The notes below the pieces were generated by a model. That model made no database searches and was not told the origin of the DNA. It worked only from the letters and a program-made list of their open reading frames with translations. A program made the translations under genes and the position numbers. A stretch of DNA of 64,000 nucleotides from the sequence record OR525698.1; one strand, 5' to 3'. Every line of letters starts with the position of its first letter. Within the stretch, counting starts at the first letter, position 1. This DNA is from Escherichia phage vB-Eco-KMB43. This document shows, piece after piece, positions 29,196 to 38,267 of the stretch.

Positions 29196-29224
29196 ATTAT
29201 GCTATAGTCGTTTATGGTTGTCAA
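29196..29224 (-). promoter_or_regulatory. sigma70-type early promoter cassette
   Basis: TTGACA-17-CATAAT, directly after terminator 29231..29262. Confidence 0.8.
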
Positions 29225-29230
29225 CACCTA

Positions 29231-29262
29231 AAAACAAAAAACCCCGAAAAATTTTTCGGGGT
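29231..29262 (-). terminator. intrinsic terminator after 57B
   Basis: 20-nt perfect palindrome CCCCGAAAAATTTTTCGGGG followed by TTTTTTGTTTTT. Confidence 0.85.
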
Positions 29263-29268
29263 ATAGAA

Positions 29269-29733
29269 TTACAGTTTGGTCGTCCACTCCAGGTCTAGAT
29301 CTTCGACATACTCATGAGATCGGACAATCTCTAAATCGAACTCAAGGTCAGTGCCAAATTTACGCGCACCAACATCATAAGAAAGCGTGATATGCGGTAC
29401 ATATTCAGGATAATCCCACGTCGCACCTAAAGCAGTGCCGATATCGTGTCTGAATTGCATGTAGTCGCTTTCAAATGCCAGCACAAGCGCATTAGTACCG
29501 GATTGAGTTTCAAACACTTTCAGATGGCATAGAGAGCCTAAGAACTTCTCCCCTTCTTCTGGGATAAACGGAACATAGACACGAGAATATAAGATAGTGC
29601 TATGCAGTTTATCACGAGGAACGGCATTAGGCAGATCGTAGAACTCCTGCAATTTTTCAATGCGGTCTAGTGTATCCTCAGTGAATTTAACCGCCGCATA
29701 TGTACCTTTAACGGATTCTCTAAACGGGGTCAT
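29269..29733 (-). CDS. 57B: 2H phosphoesterase, T4 57B / Acb1-type (anti-CBASS cyclic-oligonucleotide phosphodiesterase)
   Basis: Two H-x-T/S-x motifs (HSTILYS, HITLSY), about 154 aa, positioned immediately after 57A as in T4. ATG 29733 follows GGAGG. Confidence 0.75.
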   Translation of the reverse strand: MTPFRESVKGTYAAVKFTEDTLDRIEKLQEFYDLPNAVPRDKLHSTILYSRVYVPFIPEEGEKFLGSLCHLKVFETQSGTNALVLAFESDYMQFRHDIGTALGATWDYPEYVPHITLSYDVGARKFGTDLEFDLEIVRSHEYVEDLDLEWTTKL

Positions 29734-29735
29734 AA

Positions 29736-29996
29736 TCAAGCCTCCGTGATCAGTTCTACTTCCTCTTCTGCTTCTTCTGCGGCTTCGTCTTTAGGGAGAA
29801 GTGCTTTCACTTCTTCGACGATAGCATCAAGGGAAACAGTCCCGTTTTCGTCTGGCTGAATACCCAGAATGCGTACCAGTTCCATCAATACACGCTCACG
29901 ATCTTTCAGTTGGCCTTCTAAGAATGCGGCCTTTTCTTGAGTGTCAAACAGACGTACTTTCAGGACATTAATCATTTGTTCATGCTGATTGGACAT
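29736..29996 (-). CDS. 57A: tail-fibre assembly chaperone gp57A
   Basis: Helical protein with an acidic C-terminus. L...L..R..DTQ..AA.L...IVE.VK.L resembles recalled T4 gp57A. Sits upstream of 57B and downstream of gene 1. Confidence 0.8.
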   Translation of the reverse strand: MSNQHEQMINVLKVRLFDTQEKAAFLEGQLKDRERVLMELVRILGIQPDENGTVSLDAIVEEVKALLPKDEAAEEAEEEVELITEA

Positions 29997-30028
29997 ATTC
30001 ACATCTCCTACTTGTTGATAACTTTTTA

Positions 30029-30685
30029 TTAAATGTTCGCGAGAATCGCGCTTTCAAATTCTTCTAATGTACCATTATTTATGATAATGGTTTCACTGTC
30101 AATAGGCAAAATTCCTTTTTCGGTGGAGTGAGTCGATACAATACCAGTATCACGCTGAATATGCAACACCTTAGCACCCATAGCACGCACGAGAGCAATT
30201 TCAATAGGCTGACGCACATCAACCACTACAAAATAACCTTCTTCATTTTTGCGCTTCATAAACTCATTAACGAAGAGATTACACCAATAAAGCGGATTGA
30301 TCAAGTTAACCATTATATCAGTACCGAGAGTGGTTAACATGAGACGAATAGACCAGACGTTATTATGTTTTTCGCCAATCTCATTAACGACCTTGTAAAT
30401 CTCAGCCAGACGATCACAAGTAAAGGAACTACCTCCATACTTCGAATCTAGCATAAGCAGACACTGAATAAACCACTTATGCGCGGTATAGGTATCAATA
30501 CCTAGATCGGATTCTCTGTCACGCCCTAACCCGTCAAAGTCAAGATAAGTCAGACCTAAGTCTGGTTGACATTCGCACAATATTTCTTTGATCGGTGCTG
30601 CCAGTTGATAACTATGTCCATCAATGATTAACGCGGCAGTGTCTTTTCCTACTCGCTTTTTACCACAAAGTGCAATCAATTTCAT
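30029..30685 (-). CDS. 1: deoxynucleoside monophosphate kinase
   Basis: P-loop LCGKKRVGKDT at the N-terminus. Size and position (between 57A and 3) match T4 gene 1. Confidence 0.85.
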   Translation of the reverse strand: MKLIALCGKKRVGKDTAALIIDGHSYQLAAPIKEILCECQPDLGLTYLDFDGLGRDRESDLGIDTYTAHKWFIQCLLMLDSKYGGSSFTCDRLAEIYKVVNEIGEKHNNVWSIRLMLTTLGTDIMVNLINPLYWCNLFVNEFMKRKNEEGYFVVVDVRQPIEIALVRAMGAKVLHIQRDTGIVSTHSTEKGILPIDSETIIINNGTLEEFESAILANI

Positions 30686-30700
30686 TATATAAGCCTCTTA

Positions 30701-31291
30701 TTACTTTCTAAAAGCAGGGTGCATAGCTTTAATACCTTCCACCCGCTGACGATCCGCCGCCTGAATTGCTGGGCGAGGAACGATCAGTTGACCATCACGT
30801 TCAATGCTCATTGTTTTAAAGGGAAGAATTGCAGTACACACCAGAGATTCATGCATATCATCGGTGTATGTTAACTCAAGTTCCCCCAATTGTGAACACC
30901 AACAACCATAAAAGTTAAAAGTGCACACAATGTTACGTCGTTCGTTGTCCATCATGTGAACTTGAACGGCTTCCGGCATTGAATCCTTCCACGCAGTGGA
31001 GTTACCGTTATTGTAGTCTACTATAGAAAGCATCCATGTGTAAAGGTTTAGATAACTTTCCAAATGCTCATCGACAATAAACCGGACTACCAACGGGTCA
31101 AACTCCACATGACTAGAAGGATAATCAGCAACCGCCAAACCATATTGACCAGCAACTTGCTTAGTCGGTGGAATGGTTATAGCCGGAAGTGTAACACCTT
31201 GAGCATTTAAAGTAAAGCCTTTTGTTAGTTGTCCATCTGGAATATTGATCTGCCAGTTGCTGGGGTTAGCATAGTTAAAGAGATTGGACAT
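30701..31291 (-). CDS. 3: tail completion / sheath stabiliser gp3
   Basis: ANPSNW.I.IP...FDPLVVRFIVDE resembles recalled T4 gp3. Position supports the call. Confidence 0.75.
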   Translation of the reverse strand: MSNLFNYANPSNWQINIPDGQLTKGFTLNAQGVTLPAITIPPTKQVAGQYGLAVADYPSSHVEFDPLVVRFIVDEHLESYLNLYTWMLSIVDYNNGNSTAWKDSMPEAVQVHMMDNERRNIVCTFNFYGCWCSQLGELELTYTDDMHESLVCTAILPFKTMSIERDGQLIVPRPAIQAADRQRVEGIKAMHPAFRK

Positions 31292-31480
31292 TTTCGATTC
31301 CTCAAATGAAAATATTTATTAACAATTGTCGCTTTGCGACGTGCCGGAGGCACTGACTACTTTTTAACCGAAACAAATTTCTATTATTCTAAAGATCTTT
31401 CTTCGTTTTGGTTATGTTTTAACCAATAACTATATTTTTATACAGTAATAAATAAAACGGGTACTATACGAGGACTTCTT

Positions 31481-31735
31481 ATGACAGAAGACATTTTGTT
31501 AAAACTCTATGATCGTTTGGATAACGAATTAGCAACATTGCGGGGTGAAGTTCTCTATTTGTCTAAATGCAATACAGATCTGCTTAAGCAGATTGCAGAA
31601 AGGGATGATCAAATAAAATCCCTTTCAGGTGCATTACGTGATCGCGACAAGGCATTAGAGATTTTACAGCGTGTTACCAATAAGGAAGAATTAAAAGACT
31701 TCTTACATGGTTATGCTCATGCTATCGATCTATAA
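31481..31735 (+). CDS. hypothetical coiled-coil protein (84 aa) on the opposite strand between genes 3 and 2
   Basis: ORF with SD AGGA 6 nt upstream. Heptad-rich. Followed by hairpin 31736..31762. Confidence 0.5.
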   Translation: MTEDILLKLYDRLDNELATLRGEVLYLSKCNTDLLKQIAERDDQIKSLSGALRDRDKALEILQRVTNKEELKDFLHGYAHAIDL

Positions 31736-31762
31736 TAAAAAAAAGCCCGTCAATGACGGGCT
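31736..31762. terminator. hairpin shared by convergent gene 2 (-) and ORF 31481..31735 (+)
   Basis: GCCCGTC-AAT-GACGGGC. There are eight T on the minus-strand side (strong) and only TT on the plus-strand side. Confidence 0.7.
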
Positions 31763-31767
31763 TAATG

Positions 31768-32589
31768 TTATGCATCCTTCCAAACTTTCCTTGCGTCGTA
31801 TTTCTTGCCTTTTGACATAAACTGATATGTCGGCATATAGATAATATTGCTCCAGTCTTTCGGGCTAATCTCAACAAGTTTTGTTTTAATGTGTCCCGGT
31901 AGATATGCTTTGATCATGTGGTCACTACCACGCATACCTTTTACATCGCTCCATTTGATTTTTAAGCGTGTTTTATTGCTCAAGGTAGGAGTAGATGCAT
32001 ATTGCTTTAAAAGTGCTTCCAGAAACTGCTGACGGGCTTTAGGCGTTACATAGTGTAAGTTAAGACCCAGCATTACAGTATTACCCGCCTTTGTCTTAGA
32101 ATCACCCAGACAAATGATCAGCGGGAAAACATCCCAATATGGCAAAGTGTCTTTATACTTCGCATCATACATAAAGGTATAGATTCGCCCTACTTGCGGT
32201 TTTACAATCTGGTGTCCCTTTATTCCCGCTTTTATTGTTTTAGTAAACCACTCCTGTGATTTTTCTTTAGGACGACTCTTTGATACAGCACGCATAGACG
32301 CACGAAAATCATTAATCATCATCATTGCGCGTTGCTGCTTATTGAGACCCTTTGCGCCTTTCCCTTTTAGTTTTTCAACTTCTATTGCTGTTTTAATTTC
32401 GCTTGCATAACGAGACATACTTTTAGTGAAAGTCGCATAGGCTATTCCCTTAGAATCTGCAAATGCTTTAGCTGTCATGCCTTTGGCTTTTGCTTTCGCA
32501 AATTCTACACCCAATTCGACCCACTGTTTAGACTTTCTTTTTTGGGGAGACGGCTTTTCGTCTTCTGTGATTATTTCAAATACGCTCAT
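31768..32589 (-). CDS. 2: DNA end protector protein gp2
   Basis: 273 aa, basic, positioned between genes 4 and 3 as in T4 (gp2 is 274 aa). Confidence 0.8.
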   Translation of the reverse strand: MSVFEIITEDEKPSPQKRKSKQWVELGVEFAKAKAKGMTAKAFADSKGIAYATFTKSMSRYASEIKTAIEVEKLKGKGAKGLNKQQRAMMMINDFRASMRAVSKSRPKEKSQEWFTKTIKAGIKGHQIVKPQVGRIYTFMYDAKYKDTLPYWDVFPLIICLGDSKTKAGNTVMLGLNLHYVTPKARQQFLEALLKQYASTPTLSNKTRLKIKWSDVKGMRGSDHMIKAYLPGHIKTKLVEISPKDWSNIIYMPTYQFMSKGKKYDARKVWKDA

Positions 32590-32600
32590 AATATTATCCT

Positions 32601-33077
32601 CTATTTGTTAAGCCCTTTAAAGCCAAACACTTTCTTTAATGCATGTTCGGTGATGATCTTAAACTCCATGTTATGCTTTTGGCACAAATCAACCGCAGCT
32701 TTCCACTTTTCCGTGTTTACAGTATATGTGTAACACTCTTGCATGTATCTTTGCTTAGTCTTAGTGGTTATTCTTTTTGGCCTTTCCGGTGGCCGTGTCT
32801 CTTTTGCCGGTTTAACTTCCCATAAGAACTCTTTACCATCTACAAATTTCACCCAAAAATCCATATGATACTTTCTGGATCGTTTATCTGCGCTAGACCA
32901 GTAAGGTATAATCACACACTCAGAGTTCCATTTAGACACGCTAGGACTACGGTCCAAAAATTTCATTATGTGCAATTCCCAGCTTGATCTATAAGTGATT
33001 TTATGCAAGTTGTTTCCTTTGTACTTCTCAGGATTTTCTGGCTTGAACTTGCCCTTATAAGTGTTAGATCCTCCCAT
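32601..33077 (-). CDS. 4: head completion protein gp4
   Basis: 158 aa. Divergent from gene 53 as in T4. Contains the motif SSWE......D....V..W..E...IPY. Confidence 0.85.
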   Translation of the reverse strand: MGGSNTYKGKFKPENPEKYKGNNLHKITYRSSWELHIMKFLDRSPSVSKWNSECVIIPYWSSADKRSRKYHMDFWVKFVDGKEFLWEVKPAKETRPPERPKRITTKTKQRYMQECYTYTVNTEKWKAAVDLCQKHNMEFKIITEHALKKVFGFKGLNK

Positions 33078-33135
33078 TTTAGCACCCTTTATTATAAATA
33101 CATAATACTATTTATCAATTGAGGGTGCTAAAATG
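33075..33135. repeat. 14-bp perfect inverted repeat containing the SD and ATG of divergent genes 4 and 53
   Basis: cattttagcaccct (33075..33088) is the reverse complement of agggtgctaaaatg (33122..33135). Confidence 0.9.
33093..33100 (+). promoter_or_regulatory. late promoter TATAAATA for gene 53
   Basis: Exact motif 33 nt upstream of ATG 33133, in the divergent 4/53 gap. Confidence 0.75.
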
Positions 33136-33687
33136 CTCTTTTCTTTCTTCCCTGCCATTGAATACAACGGCAAGATGATTACTGACATTGTGCGCAATTA
33201 CCGCGCCTATTTCAACGCAATAATTTCTGATTATAACATACAAACATATTACATTCAAGGTAGTCCACGACCGGAACAAGTTGCATATGAAGTATACGGA
33301 AACCAACAACTTTATTGGATCTTGCTGATGCTTAATGACGTATACGATCCGTTCCATGACTGGATCACCGATCAAGAGACAGCATATGAATCAGCCGAAC
33401 AGCGATATGCAAATGTAGGAGGAAATCAAGTATTATACCACGTTGATATTGACGGAAACAAGTATTGGAATCTTACCGAATATCCGAAAGGATCAAGCAA
33501 TTGGTATGATAAAGGGGATATTCATCATCGTCATTTGCAGTTTCAAGGTGCACTATCGGCAGTAGACACACTGGAAGATGCGATCCTCCGTAATGAGGAA
33601 CGACGCAAGATCAAGATCATAGATCCTACACAAATTAAACAATTTATTAACGCATTCATTCGAGAAATGGAAAAGGCTGATGTGTAA
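33133..33687 (+). CDS. 53: baseplate wedge protein gp53
   Basis: MLF.FF..IEY...YYI.GSPRPE......YGN.QLYW.LLM.ND.YDP matches recalled T4 gp53. Confidence 0.9.
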   Translation: MLFSFFPAIEYNGKMITDIVRNYRAYFNAIISDYNIQTYYIQGSPRPEQVAYEVYGNQQLYWILLMLNDVYDPFHDWITDQETAYESAEQRYANVGGNQVLYHVDIDGNKYWNLTEYPKGSSNWYDKGDIHHRHLQFQGALSAVDTLEDAILRNEERRKIKIIDPTQIKQFINAFIREMEKADV

Positions 33688-33698
33688 GGTGATTAATT

Positions 33699-35498
33699 AT
33701 GCTAATGTTTAATAACTCCGTTAAATGGTTTACCGGAATTGTAGAAAACAGGGAAGACCCATTAATGCTGGGGCGTGTTCAGGTTAGGATTCATGGTATA
33801 CATCCCTCGCTATCCGCACACGGTGACATTCAAGGTCTCCCAACCGAAGATCTATTATGGATTACGCCAGTACAAGATATTACAAGCGCGGCGATCTCCG
33901 GTATAGGTCAAAGCCCTACTGGTATTGTTGAAGGTTCAATGGTATTTGGTTTGGCTTTAGATGAACGTTATTTAAACTGCGTTATTCTGGGTACTATTGC
34001 CGGACAATATACAGAGAAACCACTCACTACAGAAGGTTTTTGCGACCCTTCTGGTGCATATCCTCGTTATATTGGTAATGATGTTAATATTCTTGCTCGT
34101 GGCGGTATTAACCCAGAAACCGGACAAACAACAAAACCTGATAGTGTCTATATTCGAGATGAAAACACTGGAGTTGCAGTAAATCCAGACGACGAGCCAT
34201 TAGACCAAATTCCGGTTGATGATAATCCTGATTTTACAATAGAAAAAATGCTGCGGGGCGATGAGGGATATCGCGAGAAATGGTATCTTGATTCAGAAGG
34301 ATATCCGACAATAGGCATCGGGCATTTGATCATTTATAAGAAAACCAGTGATCTGGGTATTATCAATAATGAACTTTCTAAGCTGGTAGGGCGTGAAGTT
34401 ACAAACGGAAGACTTACCGCCGAAGAAGTTAGTAAAGTATTTGCCGACGATATAGAAAAGACTCGTCGTGATATGCGCAAACATCCACGAATTGCACCTG
34501 TCTATAATAAATGTAATGCTTCTCGTCGTATGGCATTAGAAAATATGGCGTTTCAAATGGGTGTTGGTGGATTGGGTAAATTTAAGAATAGTCTTGCTGC
34601 GATGTTAGCGGAAGAATGGAAACAAGCCTATGATGGATTACGTCAATCTGTATGGGCTAACCAAACTCCAGGACGATCCAGCCGTGTTTCTAAAATTATT
34701 TTAACTGGTAACTTAGAATCATATGGCGTAATTGCTCCAAAGAAAGATGAATCTGTTTCTGATGATCCGCGAGCACGTTTGAGAAATGCCCGTATTGCTG
34801 CCTATAAGACGCAGAGAGCAGAAGAAGACCCAGAAGCACCGTTTACCCCACAAGACACACGAATCATGTTTAAAGAGCCTAAGAGTTCGTATTCTGCGAG
34901 GTATCCTTATAACCATGTGTACGAGTCAGAGAGCGGTCATATTATCGAGATTGATGATACTCCTTCTCACGAACGTTATCACCGCAAACATCCTTCTGGT
35001 ACATTTGAAGAAACCAGACCGGACGGAACGAGGGTAGAAAAGATTGAGGGTGATGATTATCTGATCGTTAAGCAAGGCCGGAAAGTCAACGTTAAGGGTA
35101 ATTTGCAAGTTGTTGTTGAAGGTGACGCGCAAGTTTATTATATGGGTAATGTAATGCAAACCGTTGATGGTAACGTCACTGAATTTATTCGTGGCAATGT
35201 TAATCAGACCGTTGAAGGTACTGCTAACATGCATGTTGTAGGTGATGTTACCGCTCAGCTTGACGCTAATTTAACGGCTAATGTCAAGGGTAATGCTGAA
35301 TTAATGATCGAGGGTAACACTACCGAAACAATTAAAGGTAACTATGATTTAACCGTTGAGGGTAATTTTAATATGACCGTCAATGGCACTAAATCAGATC
35401 AGGTTAATGGTGACTGGTCCCGTAATTGTGGTGCAAGCGTTAAAGATATTGCATCTGGTACAGTTAAAATTGATGGTAGCCGTATTGATCTTGGGTGA
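33699..35498 (+). CDS. 5: baseplate hub / tail lysozyme / cell-puncturing device gp5
   Basis: OB-fold N-terminus, T4-lysozyme-like core (YLDSEGYPTIGIGHLI) and C-terminal V.G octapeptide beta-helix repeats. Confidence 0.95.
   Translation: MLMFNNSVKWFTGIVENREDPLMLGRVQVRIHGIHPSLSAHGDIQGLPTEDLLWITPVQDITSAAISGIGQSPTGIVEGSMVFGLALDERYLNCVILGTIAGQYTEKPLTTEGFCDPSGAYPRYIGNDVNILARGGINPETGQTTKPDSVYIRDENTGVAVNPDDEPLDQIPVDDNPDFTIEKMLRGDEGYREKWYLDSEGYPTIGIGHLIIYKKTSDLGIINNELSKLVGREVTNGRLTAEEVSKVFADDIEKTRRDMRKHPRIAPVYNKCNASRRMALENMAFQMGVGGLGKFKNSLAAMLAEEWKQAYDGLRQSVWANQTPGRSSRVSKIILTGNLESYGVIAPKKDESVSDDPRARLRNARIAAYKTQRAEEDPEAPFTPQDTRIMFKEPKSSYSARYPYNHVYESESGHIIEIDDTPSHERYHRKHPSGTFEETRPDGTRVEKIEGDDYLIVKQGRKVNVKGNLQVVVEGDAQVYYMGNVMQTVDGNVTEFIRGNVNQTVEGTANMHVVGDVTAQLDANLTANVKGNAELMIEGNTTETIKGNYDLTVEGNFNMTVNGTKSDQVNGDWSRNCGASVKDIASGTVKIDGSRIDLG
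35097..35495 (+). repeat. gp5 triple-stranded beta-helix octapeptide repeats (coding repeat)
   Basis: Recurrent V.G.....(V/I).G units: VVEGDAQV, VDGNVTEF, VEGTANMH, VKGNAELM, IKGNYDLT, VEGNFNMT. Confidence 0.85.
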
Positions 35499-35506
35499 GG
35501 TAACTA

Positions 35507-36073
35507 ATGGTTGAAATTCTTCCGATGAGTTCAAAATTGGAGGATATCAGCGAGCGAGAAATCTTTGAGGTGGTGTTCTCTTATAAAGCAACGCCACCGG
35601 ATGCAAATACCACATACACGATTAAAGAGTTTAAGATCAGCGAGTATCGCCCTAATAAGGGCGTTACCGTTGAAGAAACTAAAATATCTGGTGAGTATCG
35701 GGATAGTTTTTCGCTTGGCGCGGATTCTCTTAAATATATAACGAAAGATAGAATTAAAAAATCTGCCGGAAGTTTTGATGATTTACCAGATCCAACTACC
35801 GCAGATCTATATTATTTTAACGCTCCTACACGTCTACAGGAGGTTTATACTTATAAAGTAACCCTAACCTATATCCAATCTGTTTCAGAGTCTTCTGGTG
35901 GTTCTGATGAAGGAAATAGTGGTGGTTCCAATAGCCGAGAGGGTGCTGGTGAAACTAATCCGCCTCCGGTAGTAACCGAGCACACAATAGAGAAAGTTTA
36001 TACTCAAACCGTTTTTGGAAATTGGGATGTGTGGGCGCAGCAACTAAGAGATTATGTACATAGGGGTGTTTAA
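35507..36073 (+). CDS. 5.1: gp5.1-position protein (188 aa)
   Basis: Called by position between 5 and 5.4. Contains a low-complexity [13 protein letters not shown] segment. Confidence 0.6.
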   Translation: MVEILPMSSKLEDISEREIFEVVFSYKATPPDANTTYTIKEFKISEYRPNKGVTVEETKISGEYRDSFSLGADSLKYITKDRIKKSAGSFDDLPDPTTADLYYFNAPTRLQEVYTYKVTLTYIQSVSESSGGSDEGNSGGSNSREGAGETNPPPVVTEHTIEKVYTQTVFGNWDVWAQQLRDYVHRGV

Positions 36074-36366
36074 TGGCTGGATTATCCTACGATAAAGCTA
36101 AAACTACAGGGCACGGAAACTACCCACCTACGGTAATTAATGCAACTCAATCTAAGGTATTTGTTGAGGGTATCCCTGTATTAGTCGAAGGAGACCCAAT
36201 TACACCACATACAAAAACAACAAAGCCTTATGATACACACGGGGGAACTACGGTCGCCAGTACCCCGAAAGTATTTGTTACCGGAAAGAAAGCAATTCAA
36301 ATGGCAGATCGTATTAGCTGTGGCGATACCGTCGCTATGGCATCACCGAAGGTATTCATAAAATGA
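36073..36366 (+). CDS. 5.4: PAAR-repeat spike tip protein gp5.4
   Basis: 97 aa, the same length as T4 gp5.4. PAAR-like (GDP.TPH, CGD) motifs. Confidence 0.85.
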   Translation: MAGLSYDKAKTTGHGNYPPTVINATQSKVFVEGIPVLVEGDPITPHTKTTKPYDTHGGTTVASTPKVFVTGKKAIQMADRISCGDTVAMASPKVFIK

Positions 36367-38267
36367 CAAAGCAAAAGATTACACAAATTCCTGATATTTT
36401 TAATGCTGCTACATTCGATGAAATTAAAAGCGCATTAACAGACTGGATGAGAAACCAGGAAGAATTTAAAGATTTTGATTTTAATGGTGCTGGTATTAAC
36501 GTATTGATGGACTTGCTCGCATATAATACCCTTTATATTCAGCAATTCGCCAACGCCGCGCTATATGAATCTTTTATCAGAACGGCAATTAAGCGTAGTT
36601 CAGTTGTTCAAGCCGCGCAAGATTTAGGATATTTGCCAGCAAGTAAAACTAGTGCATCGACTACAATTATGTTGCACGTATCCCATCCGCGAAATCCGGC
36701 AAGTATTCGAATCCCACGAGGAACTAAATTTATTGCAAGTGTGGATCGCCAGACGTCTTACCCGTTTGTGACTACAGAAGACGTTGTGAGCGTTTTAGGT
36801 TCAAATGGTTTATATACGCCCATGCTTAAAGTCGCACAAGGTCGTATTGTTCGTACAGAAATGTTATTTGATCCGAAGAAACAAATTCTGATCCGTGATC
36901 CTGATATTGACCGCGCTCAGGTTAAGTTGTGGGTAGACGGTGCTGAATGGAAAGACTGGACGCGAGAAAGCATTGTTAATGCAACTGGCGCTAGTAATAT
37001 TTTCTATATGCGTGAAACCGTAGACGGACATACTGAAATTTTCTTTGGTGAGGGCGAATCAACTTTATCTGCTGCTGGTGGGGCGCTGGAAGCAAATTAT
37101 ATTGGTGGACTTAAGCCGTCAACTGGTGCTAATATTGTTATCGAATATATCAGCACTAAGGGCGCGGAAGCAAACGGTTCAGTTAATTTCACATACGCGG
37201 ATACCCTTGCATCTATCTCTATTGTTAAAATTATTGAGAATCCGACAAATGATCGTGATTATGTCGGTGCAGATGGTGGTGGTGATCCTGAATCAATCGA
37301 ACGTATCCGTGAACTTGCTCCGGTAATGCGTGAATCTCAGCGTCGTTGTGTAACTGCTTCCGACTACGAGGCTTTTGTATCTAGCCGTTTTGGTAGTATT
37401 GTTCAGGCGGTACAATGTTTCACCGACCGAGAAAAACCAGGTTATGCTTTTGTTGCTGTTAAGCCTAAATCTGGCTTGCGCTTGACAACTGTTCAAAAAG
37501 AAGATATGCGGGATTATCTGGCAAAATATAACCTTGCCCCTATCACGCCGAGCATCATTGACCCTAACTATCTGTATATTAAACAGAATATTAAAGTTTC
37601 CTATTCAATCAATGACTTGTCAGAATCAGAGCAGTGGTTGCGAGGTGCGGTTATTGATCAGATTGATGCATATTATACCGACGAAGTGGAAATTTTTAAC
37701 CAGACATTTAGTAAGTCTAAAATGCTTGCTCGTATTGACAAAGCTGATGTATCTGTGATAGGTTCTAGTGCAGAAATCGAGATGGTGCGAGAGATCGACA
37801 ACTTCTATAAAGCACCGATGGCGGGAATCAAGTTTTTAAACCAGTATAAGAGCGGAATCAAGTCTAGTTCATTCAACTTCGAAAAGGACGACAAGCAATA
37901 TCCGATCCATTATGTAAGTACAGAAATGAACAAAGAATCCGGTTTAGCTAAATTGTTGGTTGGACCTTTCCCTGTTGATTCTACAATCGCTTTACCGCAC
38001 TATTCCGGCACTGATTTTGATAAAGAGGTTATTGACGGGGCGGACCTATACTTTGAGGTTGGAGAGGTTCAGCATTATGACGACCTTATTTCATGGGATC
38101 TGGGTAAACTGAATATCAATAGCGATCGCTTTACTGGTTCATATATTGAGTTGACAGCTAAACCGATTGCTGATAACATCTTTACTAAAGACGGTTCTTT
38201 GATCGTGTTTGAAAACGATCTCCGTCCTCAGTACACAACTATTAGTCTGGAGGCAATTGCTCAATGA
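36363..38267 (+). CDS. 6: baseplate wedge protein gp6
   Basis: 634 aa. Called by position. ATGA coupling to 5.4. Confidence 0.9.
   Translation: MTKQKITQIPDIFNAATFDEIKSALTDWMRNQEEFKDFDFNGAGINVLMDLLAYNTLYIQQFANAALYESFIRTAIKRSSVVQAAQDLGYLPASKTSASTTIMLHVSHPRNPASIRIPRGTKFIASVDRQTSYPFVTTEDVVSVLGSNGLYTPMLKVAQGRIVRTEMLFDPKKQILIRDPDIDRAQVKLWVDGAEWKDWTRESIVNATGASNIFYMRETVDGHTEIFFGEGESTLSAAGGALEANYIGGLKPSTGANIVIEYISTKGAEANGSVNFTYADTLASISIVKIIENPTNDRDYVGADGGGDPESIERIRELAPVMRESQRRCVTASDYEAFVSSRFGSIVQAVQCFTDREKPGYAFVAVKPKSGLRLTTVQKEDMRDYLAKYNLAPITPSIIDPNYLYIKQNIKVSYSINDLSESEQWLRGAVIDQIDAYYTDEVEIFNQTFSKSKMLARIDKADVSVIGSSAEIEMVREIDNFYKAPMAGIKFLNQYKSGIKSSSFNFEKDDKQYPIHYVSTEMNKESGLAKLLVGPFPVDSTIALPHYSGTDFDKEVIDGADLYFEVGEVQHYDDLISWDLGKLNINSDRFTGSYIELTAKPIADNIFTKDGSLIVFENDLRPQYTTISLEAIAQ

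Noticed and set aside
1311-29224. Whether the regularly recurring ~30 to 75 bp cassettes could be a CRISPR-like array.
   Set aside because: The repeats are 0.2 to 5 kb apart and are separated by protein-coding genes. They contain canonical -35/-10 hexamers and SD-ATG ends, and they vary in sequence. This is not CRISPR architecture.
33115-33375. 86-aa minus-strand ORF overlapping the start of gene 53.
   Set aside because: It is antisense to the strongly conserved gp53 N-terminus, and it would begin inside gene 53 and run across the 4/53 promoter gap.
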